The position numbers and the translations under genes are program-made. Below are positions 56,838-64,000 of a stretch of 64,000 bases of DNA, piece by piece. The DNA comes from Terriglobia bacterium (GTDB lineage: Bacteria > Acidobacteriota > Terriglobia > Bryobacterales > Bryobacteraceae): contig JAJPHS010000127.1 in the NCBI GenBank assembly GCA_021325175.1, forward strand, positions 12,909-76,908. The letters are read 5' to 3'. The notes under the pieces were generated by a model. It saw only the letters and a program-made list of their open reading frames with translations, was not told the DNA's origin and searched no databases. Numbering within the stretch: the stretch's first letter is position 1; each line of letters starts with the position of its first letter.

Positions 56838-58687
56838 CGCATGACGTTGAGAAAAACGTCCAACAGGGCTACTGCGGCAGGCGTGACGCCAGGGATTCTT
56901 GCGGCTTGTTCAAGCGTTTCCGGGCGGACGCGCTGAAGCTTCTCGCGAATCTCATTGGAAAGGCCTGGCAGAGACGCATAGGTAAACTGATCCGGGATTC
57001 TGCGCTTTCCCGACGCCCGAAGCCGTTCAACCTGGCGCTCCTGCTGCGCAATGTATCCGGAGTACTTAATCTCCGTTTCCAAGGTATCGAGAACGCCACG
57101 CATCAGAGGTTCCGCAGCTTCGCGTTCCAGCATTCCGCGAACCTGCTCAATCCGCGCCTCGGGCCGGCGCAACCAACCCGCAATGGTCGGACGATCATCG
57201 ATCGCCAAGCCTAAGTGCGACGGATCCACTATGACACGCTCCACTGCTTTCCGCAGTAATCGTTTTTGAGCCATTTTTTGCTCGAAAACCGCCCATCTGG
57301 TATCGGAAACCAAACCCGCAGCCCGGCCTAGAGGCGTTAGCCGCTCATCGGCATTGTCGATTCGCAGATTGAGGCGAAATTCGGCGCGCGAGGTGAACAT
57401 TCGATACGGTTCGTCGGCGCCCTGGGTCACAAGATCGCTGACCAAAATTCCGATGTAACCTTCGGTTCGGTCGATAATAAGCGGAGGCAGATCTCCGCAC
57501 CGTCGAGCCGCATTAAGCCCAGCTATTAAGCCTTGGCAAGCGGCTTCTTCGTAACCCGAGGTACCATTGATCTGGCCTGCAAGAAATAACCCACCGACAG
57601 ACTTAAGTTCCAGAGAATGATTTAGCTCTCTAGGATCGATCGCATCATATTCGATAGCGTAACCCGGGCGAATCATTTCTGATCCTTCCAGCCCCGGAAT
57701 CGACGCCACAACTCTCGCTTGTACATCAATGGGCATGCTCGTCGACATCCCGTTGACGTAGATCTCATTGGTGTCGAGGCCTTCCGGCTCCAGAAAAATC
57801 TGATGGCGACGTTTGTCTGGAAACTTTACAATCTTATCCTCGATTGAAGGACAGTATCTTGGCCCGAGCCCTTCAATCTGACCGCTATAAAGCGGCGATC
57901 GCGCAATATTCTCGCGCAAAATGCGGTGTGTCTCTTCCGTAGTATATGCCAGAAAACAAGGAACTTGCTCACGATCGATACGCTCCGTCAAAAAAGAAAA
58001 CGGCGTCGGCTCCAAATCGCCGTATTGGGGCTCAAAACGCGACCACTCAATCGTACGGCCATCCAGCCGCGGCGGCGTTCCGGTCTTCAAGCGCTTCCAC
58101 TCCAAGCCGAGCGTCCGTAACTGCTCACCAAGCAGGTTCGATGGCGCTTCGCCACTCCGCCCGCAACTGTATTTGTACTCGCCAACGTGCGCCAAACCAT
58201 TCAAAAATGTACCGGTTGTTACCACCACCGCATCGGACTGTATAGTTCGGCCATCGCGCAGCAGAACACCTTCGACGCGCCGCTTGCCGGATCCGCAGCC
58301 ACAAATCAAAAGCTGGGCGACCTCGGCTTGCAATATGCGGAGATTCGGCTCTTTTTCTAACGCTTCGCGCATGCGCAGCCGGTACAGCTTCTTGTCGCAC
58401 TGGGCGCGCGGCGATCGCACCGCCGGACCGCGGCTGGTATTCAGCAGACGAAATTGGATGCCGGCCGCGTCCGTGATCTCGCCCATAATGCCGCCGAGCG
58501 CGTCAATTTCGCGCACCAGATGCCCTTTGGCGATTCCACCCACGGCCGGATTGCAGGACATTTGCGCGATGAGATCGAGATTCATCGTGACCATCGCGGT
58601 ACTCAGACCCAATCGCGCGCAGGCGCGCGCCGCTTCGCATCCGGCGTGCCCGGCGCCTACAACGATCACGTCATAACGATTCGGCAT
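56834..58687 (-). CDS. mnmG: tRNA uridine-5-carboxymethylaminomethyl modification enzyme MnmG (GidA)
   Basis: [19 protein letters not shown] motif and [21 protein letters not shown]. 617 aa. Confidence 0.97.
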   Translation of the reverse strand: MPNRYDVIVVGAGHAGCEAARACARLGLSTAMVTMNLDLIAQMSCNPAVGGIAKGHLVREIDALGGIMGEITDAAGIQFRLLNTSRGPAVRSPRAQCDKKLYRLRMREALEKEPNLRILQAEVAQLLICGCGSGKRRVEGVLLRDGRTIQSDAVVVTTGTFLNGLAHVGEYKYSCGRSGEAPSNLLGEQLRTLGLEWKRLKTGTPPRLDGRTIEWSRFEPQYGDLEPTPFSFLTERIDREQVPCFLAYTTEETHRILRENIARSPLYSGQIEGLGPRYCPSIEDKIVKFPDKRRHQIFLEPEGLDTNEIYVNGMSTSMPIDVQARVVASIPGLEGSEMIRPGYAIEYDAIDPRELNHSLELKSVGGLFLAGQINGTSGYEEAACQGLIAGLNAARRCGDLPPLIIDRTEGYIGILVSDLVTQGADEPYRMFTSRAEFRLNLRIDNADERLTPLGRAAGLVSDTRWAVFEQKMAQKRLLRKAVERVIVDPSHLGLAIDDRPTIAGWLRRPEARIEQVRGMLEREAAEPLMRGVLDTLETEIKYSGYIAQQERQVERLRASGKRRIPDQFTYASLPGLSNEIREKLQRVRPETLEQAARIPGVTPAAVALLDVFLNVMR

Positions 58688-58730
58688 TTCACCAACATTC
58701 TAACCCGCCGCGCTAAACTGGCATTTCAAC

Positions 58731-59960
58731 GTGAAAATCCTCATTATCGGCGGCGGCGGCCGCGAACACGCCATCGCCTGGCGACTCGCGAAAGAAGGTC
58801 ACAAGATCTACGCAGCGCCCGGAAATCCCGGCATCGCGGAAATCGGAACCAACCTTCACGCCACCGGCCTTGATGCAGCCAAAGCTGTCGATCCCGATTT
58901 GACCGTGGTCGGACCCGAGGCTCCCCTCGCCCAAGGAATCGTCGATCAGTTCCGCGCTGCCGGCCTGCCCATTGTTGGACCAACGCGCGAACTGGCGCGG
59001 CTTGAGGCAAGCAAGATTTATGCAAAAGTGCTCATGCAAAGGCTGGGCGTTCCCACCGCGCGATTTGTCCTGGTCGAAAACGTCGAAGCCGGAATCGAGG
59101 CGCTATCTCAATTCCATCCGCCGGTCGCCATCAAAGCGGACGGGCTCGCTACGGGCAAAGGCGTCATCATCGCGCGAACCATCGAGGAGGCCGAAGCCGC
59201 GGTGCGAACGCTCGGGCCGCGGCTCGTCATCGAGGAGTTTCTCAGCGGTGAAGAAGCCAGCTTCATCGTTCTATCCGACGGCCGGCGCTTCACCGCATTT
59301 GACGTCTCCCAAGACCACAAGACCCTCGGCGAGGGCGACACCGGGCCGAATACCGGCGGAATGGGCGCATATAGCGATGGCCGAATTCTTGGCTCAAGCG
59401 AAGTTCAGCGCGTCATCGACACCATCATCGAGCCGGTGATTTCCACCACTGGCTTCACTGGATTCCTCTACGCCGGGCTCATGATGACTTCGAGCGGTCC
59501 AAGGGTTCTCGAGTTCAACGTGCGGCTCGGGGACCCGGAGGCCCAGGCAATCCTACACCGGCTCGACGATTCGACCGACTTCGCGGGCGCGCTACTCCAG
59601 TCGGCCACCGGTTCTTTGAGGGAACAATTACGCTCCAAATTCGATCCGTCCGTTTGCGTCGTGCTGGCCGCCTCAGGTTATCCAGGCAAGCCGCGCACGG
59701 GTGATCCGATACAGGGCATTTCCGAGTGCCGCGCGCAGGTATTCCAGGCCGGCACGCGAATCGGCTCTCGCGGCATTGAAACGGCAGGCGGGCGCGTTCT
59801 TGGCATCACCGCCTCGGGCCGCGATCTTTCGTCGGCCATCAGCAACGCCTACGCCGGCGTGGAGGCGATCCACTTTGATAACATGCAGTATCGCCGCGAC
59901 ATCGGCCGAAAGGGCTTAAAGCGCTGGCCGCCTGCTACAATCGAGGCTACGGGGACGTAG
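58731..59960 (+). CDS. purD: Phosphoribosylamine--glycine ligase
   Basis: MKILIIGGGGREHAIAWRL, ATP-grasp core, GPRVLEFNVRLGDPE. The last 10 nt overlap the tRNA-Arg 5' end. Confidence 0.96.
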   Translation: MKILIIGGGGREHAIAWRLAKEGHKIYAAPGNPGIAEIGTNLHATGLDAAKAVDPDLTVVGPEAPLAQGIVDQFRAAGLPIVGPTRELARLEASKIYAKVLMQRLGVPTARFVLVENVEAGIEALSQFHPPVAIKADGLATGKGVIIARTIEEAEAAVRTLGPRLVIEEFLSGEEASFIVLSDGRRFTAFDVSQDHKTLGEGDTGPNTGGMGAYSDGRILGSSEVQRVIDTIIEPVISTTGFTGFLYAGLMMTSSGPRVLEFNVRLGDPEAQAILHRLDDSTDFAGALLQSATGSLREQLRSKFDPSVCVVLAASGYPGKPRTGDPIQGISECRAQVFQAGTRIGSRGIETAGGRVLGITASGRDLSSAISNAYAGVEAIHFDNMQYRRDIGRKGLKRWPPATIEATGT

Positions 59961-60027
59961 CTCAGTTGGATAGAGCGGTCGCCTCCTAAGCGACAGGTCG
60001 GCGGTTCAAATCCGCCCGTCCCTACCA
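59951..60027 (+). tRNA. tRNA-Arg (anticodon CCT), CCA encoded
   Basis: GGGGACGTAGCTCAGTTGGATAGAGCGGTCGCCTCCTAAGCGACAGGTCGGCGGTTCAAATCCGCCCGTCCCTACCA. Cloverleaf folds by hand (G1:U72 wobble) with anticodon loop CTCCTAA. Confidence 0.92.
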
Positions 60028-60065
60028 GCGCCGATCGCAAATACAGCATTGTGCGCGATTCAAAA

Positions 60066-60105
60066 ATAGCTCCGGCAGTTCAAATCCGCCCCGTCCCGAA
60101 CACCA
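60066..60105 (+). repeat. Degenerate direct copy of the tRNA-Arg T-arm/acceptor 3' end (tRNA fragment / att-like scar)
   Basis: CGGCAGTTCAAATCCGCCCCGTCCC (60073-60097), followed by GAACACCA, versus CGGCGGTTCAAATCCGCCCGTCCC then TACCA in the gene: 1 substitution and 1 indel. It is preceded by ATAGCTCC, resembling the D-arm start GTAGCTCA. Confidence 0.55.
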
Positions 60106-60219
60106 TTCAAACGCCGAAGTTACCATTAACTGCAATGCGCTTTATCCGGGCAGCCGCGATATGCTTAAATGAAATTTGCCCCAACCGGCCTGATTCCAGG
60201 CTACAAGCGGATATTCTTT

Positions 60220-60480
60220 ATGGCTTATGTAATTGCAGAACCGTGCGTGGGAGTGAAAGACACGGCATGCGTCGATGCGTGCCCGGTCGATTGCATTCAT
60301 CCCAAAAAAGACTCTGAGAAATTTCCGAACGAACAGATGTTGTACATCGATCCGGTCGAGTGCATCGATTGCGGCGCCTGCGTTCCGGTTTGCCCGGTTT
60401 CCGCGATTTTCGCTCTCGACGATCTTCCGGAAAAATGGGCCGATTACGCTCAGAAGAACGCCGCCTTCTTCGGACGCTGA
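60220..60480 (+). CDS. fdxA: 7Fe ferredoxin (3Fe-4S + 4Fe-4S, FdxA type)
   Basis: MAYVIAEPCVGVKDTACVDACPVDCIH ... CIDCGACVPVCPVSAI. ATG 60220 is preferred over the track start 60169. Confidence 0.88.
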   Translation: MAYVIAEPCVGVKDTACVDACPVDCIHPKKDSEKFPNEQMLYIDPVECIDCGACVPVCPVSAIFALDDLPEKWADYAQKNAAFFGR

Positions 60481-60539
60481 TTCCTAGATAAACAATTCTA
60501 CTGAGAGTTGCCGTTCCCGCCGATCCACTGAAGTAGAGT

Positions 60540-61190
60540 ATGTCCTCACCTCTGGCCGGAAAATTTCAGGACCACTATTCCATCCTCAACGTGGACGCCA
60601 AGGCCACTTCGGAAGTCATCCAACAGGCGTACTCAAAGCTTGCCGAAAAGTATCGCCCGGATAATCCGGAAACCGGAGATTTCGAAAAATTCGAATCCGT
60701 CAATCTGGCGTACGAAGTACTTTCCGATGGAAACCTCCGGCGCGAATTCGATAAACTCAAAGGCCTCGATCAGGACCCCGGGTTTAAGTTCACCGGATCC
60801 GATTTCTTCCCGGAGCTCAGCCGCGGCGTAAATTTACGCCTGGCACTGCTATGCGTGCTCTACGACCGCCGCCGGTTGCGGCCATTCACGCCCAGCCTTG
60901 CCATGCGGCAGCTTGAAAATATGCTCGAGACCACCAGCGATGAGTTGAACTTCGCCTTGTGGTACCTGAAACAGCGCGGCCTGGTGGCGATGGACGATAA
61001 AAGCAGCTTGCAGATCACGGTCGAAGGCATGGATTTTCTCGAAGCGAATCAGCCGTCTCCGGAATCCGTCCTGCCGCTGATCAAAGCGGACGCGATCGCC
61101 GCCGGCAAGGCGCCGACCCCCGTGAAAAAGGTGTCGAACGCGGTAGGGTCGGTTCGCAACGCCCTTCACAGCGCCGCGCTGCGGCGTTAA
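60540..61190 (+). CDS. J-domain-like protein with HPD replaced by RPD
   Basis: DHYSILNVDAKATSEVIQQAYSKLAEKYRPDNPETGDFEKFESVNLAYEVLSD aligns to the DnaJ J-domain, but the catalytic His is Arg. The C-terminal half is uncharacterised. Confidence 0.7.
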   Translation: MSSPLAGKFQDHYSILNVDAKATSEVIQQAYSKLAEKYRPDNPETGDFEKFESVNLAYEVLSDGNLRREFDKLKGLDQDPGFKFTGSDFFPELSRGVNLRLALLCVLYDRRRLRPFTPSLAMRQLENMLETTSDELNFALWYLKQRGLVAMDDKSSLQITVEGMDFLEANQPSPESVLPLIKADAIAAGKAPTPVKKVSNAVGSVRNALHSAALRR

Positions 61191-61558
61191 CCGCGATACG
61201 CCGCGCTTTGAACGTCCGTTTCCCAGACCTTTACTTCGCGAATGCGAACCGGCACGGCGGACTTGAGCGTTTGCGAAATCTCCCGATAAAAATACTCCGC
61301 GATATTTTCAGCGGACGGATTCTTTACGTCGAAGGGCGCGATATCGTTCAGAAAAACGTGATCCAGGCGGTCGATAATCGACCGCATCGCGTCTCTTACG
61401 TCGATAAAATCGACCAGAAGGCCGGTTTCATCCAGGCGCTCGCCTTCGATGACCACCTGCACGCGAAAATTGTGCCCGTGCACGTTCTCGCATTTTCCTT
61501 TGTAATTTCGCAGCGCATGTCCGGCGGCGAAGGTCTGTTCGACGGCGACTTCAAACAT
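61187..61558 (-). CDS. queD: 6-carboxy-5,6,7,8-tetrahydropterin synthase
   Basis: CENVHGHNF zinc/catalytic motif and about 123 aa from ATG 61558 (MFEVAVEQTF). 8-nt overlap with the dinG-like stop. Confidence 0.88.
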   Translation of the reverse strand: MFEVAVEQTFAAGHALRNYKGKCENVHGHNFRVQVVIEGERLDETGLLVDFIDVRDAMRSIIDRLDHVFLNDIAPFDVKNPSAENIAEYFYREISQTLKSAVPVRIREVKVWETDVQSAAYRG

Positions 61559-63470
61559 TGAAGAATTTCTCCACGTCTTCCCGCTTCGTTGTGAATCCGT
61601 AATGAGGCAAACTGTCAAAAAAAACCTGCCCGTAGCGCATCCGCGTGATGCGATGATCGAGCAGCGCCAGAACGCCGCAATCGGCGCGGCCGCGGATCAG
61701 CCGGCCGAAGCCTTGCTTCAGCGCGATCGCCGCTTGCGGCAAATGATAGTCATGAAATGGCTCGCCGCCTTCGGCGCGAATCGCCGCGGCGCGAGCTTCC
61801 ACAACCGGATCGCTCGGCACCGCAAAGGGAAGTTTATCAATGATCACGCAGCTCAACTGGTCGCCCGGCACATCTACACCTTGCCAGAAAGAAGCGGTCG
61901 CAAACAACACCGCGTTGGGAGTCGAGCGAAATTCATCGAGCAGCGCGCTGCGCGGGCCGGTTCCTTGCAGCAGGGTCTGAAACGGTACTTCGAGCGACAC
62001 GCGATCGTAGATGAGGCGCATCTGCTGGTAGCTGGTGAATAAGACGAACGCGCGGCCGCGGCTGAGAAACAGCAGCTCGATGATTTCGCGCGCCGCGGCG
62101 GCAGGGAACGCCTGATCGCGCGGGTCGGGCAGGTTTTGTGGCACATAAAGCAACGCCTGGCGGCCGTAATCGAAATGGCTCGGCACCACCAGCGTGCGCG
62201 CGGCGCGCAAACCCAGGCGAGCCTTGGTGAACTCGAAATCGCCGGCGACAGCCAGCGTGGCCGAGGTCAAAATCACCGAATCGACGCGATCGAACAGCTT
62301 ATCATCGAGAATCCGCGAAACGTCGATGGGCGTCGCTTGCAAAAAAGTTCCGCGCCCGCGCCGCTCGATCCAATATACGAAGCGCCGATCCTTGGCTTCC
62401 ATCCAAAATTCCAGTCGCCGCGCCAGATCGCGAGCGCGGGCGGCAAGCGGAATCGCTTCCTCCGGCGCAACCTTGATCAGCTCGAGCTGAAGCGCAATCA
62501 GCTCCAGTCCGGCCAGCACGTCGCGATAAACCTCCTCGTGCTTCATCAGGAAAGCTTCGTGCGAGCGGAAACCGGTGCGGCCTTCGGCGGCTTCAAAAAG
62601 ATTCAGAAAATGCATGGCGCGATCGCTCACCATCAGCAAAATGCGGTCCAGCTCCGCGCTTGAAAAATACTTGCGATGCGAAACGGAGGAAACGTCGCGA
62701 ATCAACTCATCGAATTGATAGCTCGAAACGGAAAGGCCGAAGTACTGCCCGGCGACATCCTCCATCTCGTGCGCTTCGTCGAAGATCACGGCGCCGTACT
62801 CGGGAATGATGCCGCCGCGATCGTCTTCCTTTACGGCGAGATCGGCGAAAAACAGATGATGATTGACGATAATCAGATCGCTTTCCTGCGCCTTCTGATG
62901 CATGCGCGTGATGAAACAGCGGTCAAACTGACGGCAGTTTTGTCCGGTGCAGCGGTCCGAGCGCGCGTCGATCTTGGCCCAAGCCGTGCTCGCTTCCGGA
63001 AGCGAGCGAATCTCGGCGCGATCGCCGGTTTCGGTTGTTTTTTCCCATTCGCGAATGATCTGGAAATCGGCGACCTCCTCCAGCCCTTCGAGCACCGGCT
63101 CTCTTTCGGCGTCGTAGATTTTCTGCCGGCAGGCGTAGTTGTTGCGGCCTTTCATGTAGCAGGCGCGCAGCGGGCCCATGTTCTTTTCAAGAAAAGGAAT
63201 GTCCTTATAAAAAAGCTGCTCTTGAAGATTTTTCGTTCCCGTGGAGATCACTACGCGCCGGCCGGAAAGAATCGCCGGCACCAGATAGGCGAGAGTCTTG
63301 CCTGTGCCCGTTCCCGCTTCGACGATCAAATGCTTCTTCTCTCGAAGCGCCGCTTCCACCGCTTCCGCCATTTCAAGCTGTCCCGGGCGATACTCAAAGC
63401 TCGGACGCCATTCCGAAAGCAAGCCGCGCTTGGAAAAAAACTGCCGGACCGTGAGCGTTTTGGCGGGCAC
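61551..63470 (-). CDS. dinG: ATP-dependent DNA helicase, DinG/XPD (Rad3) family with Fe-S Cys cluster
   Basis: Walker A EAGTGTGKTLAY, DEAH box FDEAHEMED. The four Cys are in C-x10-C (CYMKGRNNYAC) and C-x4-C-x5-C (CTGQNCRQFDRC). Confidence 0.88.
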   Translation of the reverse strand: MPAKTLTVRQFFSKRGLLSEWRPSFEYRPGQLEMAEAVEAALREKKHLIVEAGTGTGKTLAYLVPAILSGRRVVISTGTKNLQEQLFYKDIPFLEKNMGPLRACYMKGRNNYACRQKIYDAEREPVLEGLEEVADFQIIREWEKTTETGDRAEIRSLPEASTAWAKIDARSDRCTGQNCRQFDRCFITRMHQKAQESDLIIVNHHLFFADLAVKEDDRGGIIPEYGAVIFDEAHEMEDVAGQYFGLSVSSYQFDELIRDVSSVSHRKYFSSAELDRILLMVSDRAMHFLNLFEAAEGRTGFRSHEAFLMKHEEVYRDVLAGLELIALQLELIKVAPEEAIPLAARARDLARRLEFWMEAKDRRFVYWIERRGRGTFLQATPIDVSRILDDKLFDRVDSVILTSATLAVAGDFEFTKARLGLRAARTLVVPSHFDYGRQALLYVPQNLPDPRDQAFPAAAAREIIELLFLSRGRAFVLFTSYQQMRLIYDRVSLEVPFQTLLQGTGPRSALLDEFRSTPNAVLFATASFWQGVDVPGDQLSCVIIDKLPFAVPSDPVVEARAAAIRAEGGEPFHDYHLPQAAIALKQGFGRLIRGRADCGVLALLDHRITRMRYGQVFFDSLPHYGFTTKREDVEKFFNV

Positions 63471-63598
63471 CTACCATCATGATAGTGGCCCGATTCAATT
63501 CTTTAAACGGCCGCTGGCGCAGGACCGGCGCCGCGGCGTCTCTGAATTGGCCTTGCAATGCGACACTACGCCGGCGCGTAGCGATACCATGGAGACTT

Positions 63599-64000
63599 AT
63601 GAGCGAACTTGTAGCCTACGCGCGCCAGGGTGACATTGGCGTCATCACGATCAATAATCCGCCGGTGAACGCACTCAGTCCGGGAGTTCCGGAAGGCATA
63701 ATCGCCGGGATCGAAAAGGCGGAAGCTGATCCGGAAGTCCGGGCAGTGGTGGTGATCGGCGGCGGGCGGACATTCATCGCCGGCGCCGATATTCGCGAAT
63801 TTGGAAAGATCACGGCCGGACAAAAAGAGCGGATCGCGCTTTATCCGCTGATGAACAAAATCGAGGATTCGAAAAAGCCGGTGGTCATGGCGATTCATGG
63901 CACGGCCTTTGGCGGGGGACTGGAAACGGCGATGTCCGGGCATTACCGCATCGGGCTCGCGACCGCGCAGGTCGGACAGCCTGAAGTGAAACTCGGGATC
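63599..64000 (+). CDS. Enoyl-CoA hydratase / FadB-type multifunctional protein, N-terminal part (continues past the right edge)
   Basis: Own translation from ATG 63599: MSELVAYARQGDIGVITINNPPVNALSPGV ... FIAGADIREFG ... AIHGTAFGGGLETAM (crotonase signature). 134 codons open to the window end. Confidence 0.85.
   Translation, partial: MSELVAYARQGDIGVITINNPPVNALSPGVPEGIIAGIEKAEADPEVRAVVVIGGGRTFIAGADIREFGKITAGQKERIALYPLMNKIEDSKKPVVMAIHGTAFGGGLETAMSGHYRIGLATAQVGQPEVKLGI

Noticed and set aside
60142-60150. TTATCCGGG downstream of tRNA-Arg, considered as a DnaA box marking an alternative origin near purD.
   Set aside because: Only 6/9 match to TTATCCACA and it lacks the critical CACA. It is a single occurrence with no adjacent box cluster.

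Overview
This is a GC-rich bacterial chromosomal window. The protein families suggest Acidobacteriota, but that is an inference I cannot verify. It is origin-proximal and mostly housekeeping: dnaA-dnaN-gyrB with DnaA-box clusters (about 35.9-41.2 kb), mnmG-rsmG-parA-parB with a parS-like site (54.6-58.7 kb), recA, dxr-rseP, purD, alr, queD, dinG and three tRNAs (Gly-GCC, Met-CAT, Arg-CCT). Three larger modules stand out. (1) A hopanoid supercluster at 21.3-31.8 kb runs ispH-shc-hpnH-hpnA-hpnG-[two Zn alcohol dehydrogenases, one frameshifted]-hpnC-hpnD-[HIBADH-like reductase], with no hpnE in the window. (2) A minus-strand glycan assembly locus at 43.7-54.5 kb has six glycosyltransferase genes, a methyltransferase with a coiled-coil tail (WbdD-like), and a Wzt-type ABC ATPase with a C-terminal extension. 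No wzm is present. (3) An orphan Tad-like pseudopilin operon at 5.9-9.9 kb (TadE, TadE, vWA-TadG) is coupled to a cysteine-less thioredoxin-fold lipoprotein. Smaller signals include an 11-1-11 NsrR-type operator on the start codon of a haem-c/Rrf2 operon and a structured leader upstream of dxr. There is also a decayed copy of the tRNA-Arg 3' end 74 bp downstream of the gene, and a nucleotidyltransferase gene with an overlapping small ORF at an A7 tract. I found no CRISPR array, rRNA, transposase or integrase. Many long ORFs in the track are antisense shadows typical of high-GC DNA and are not reported as genes.
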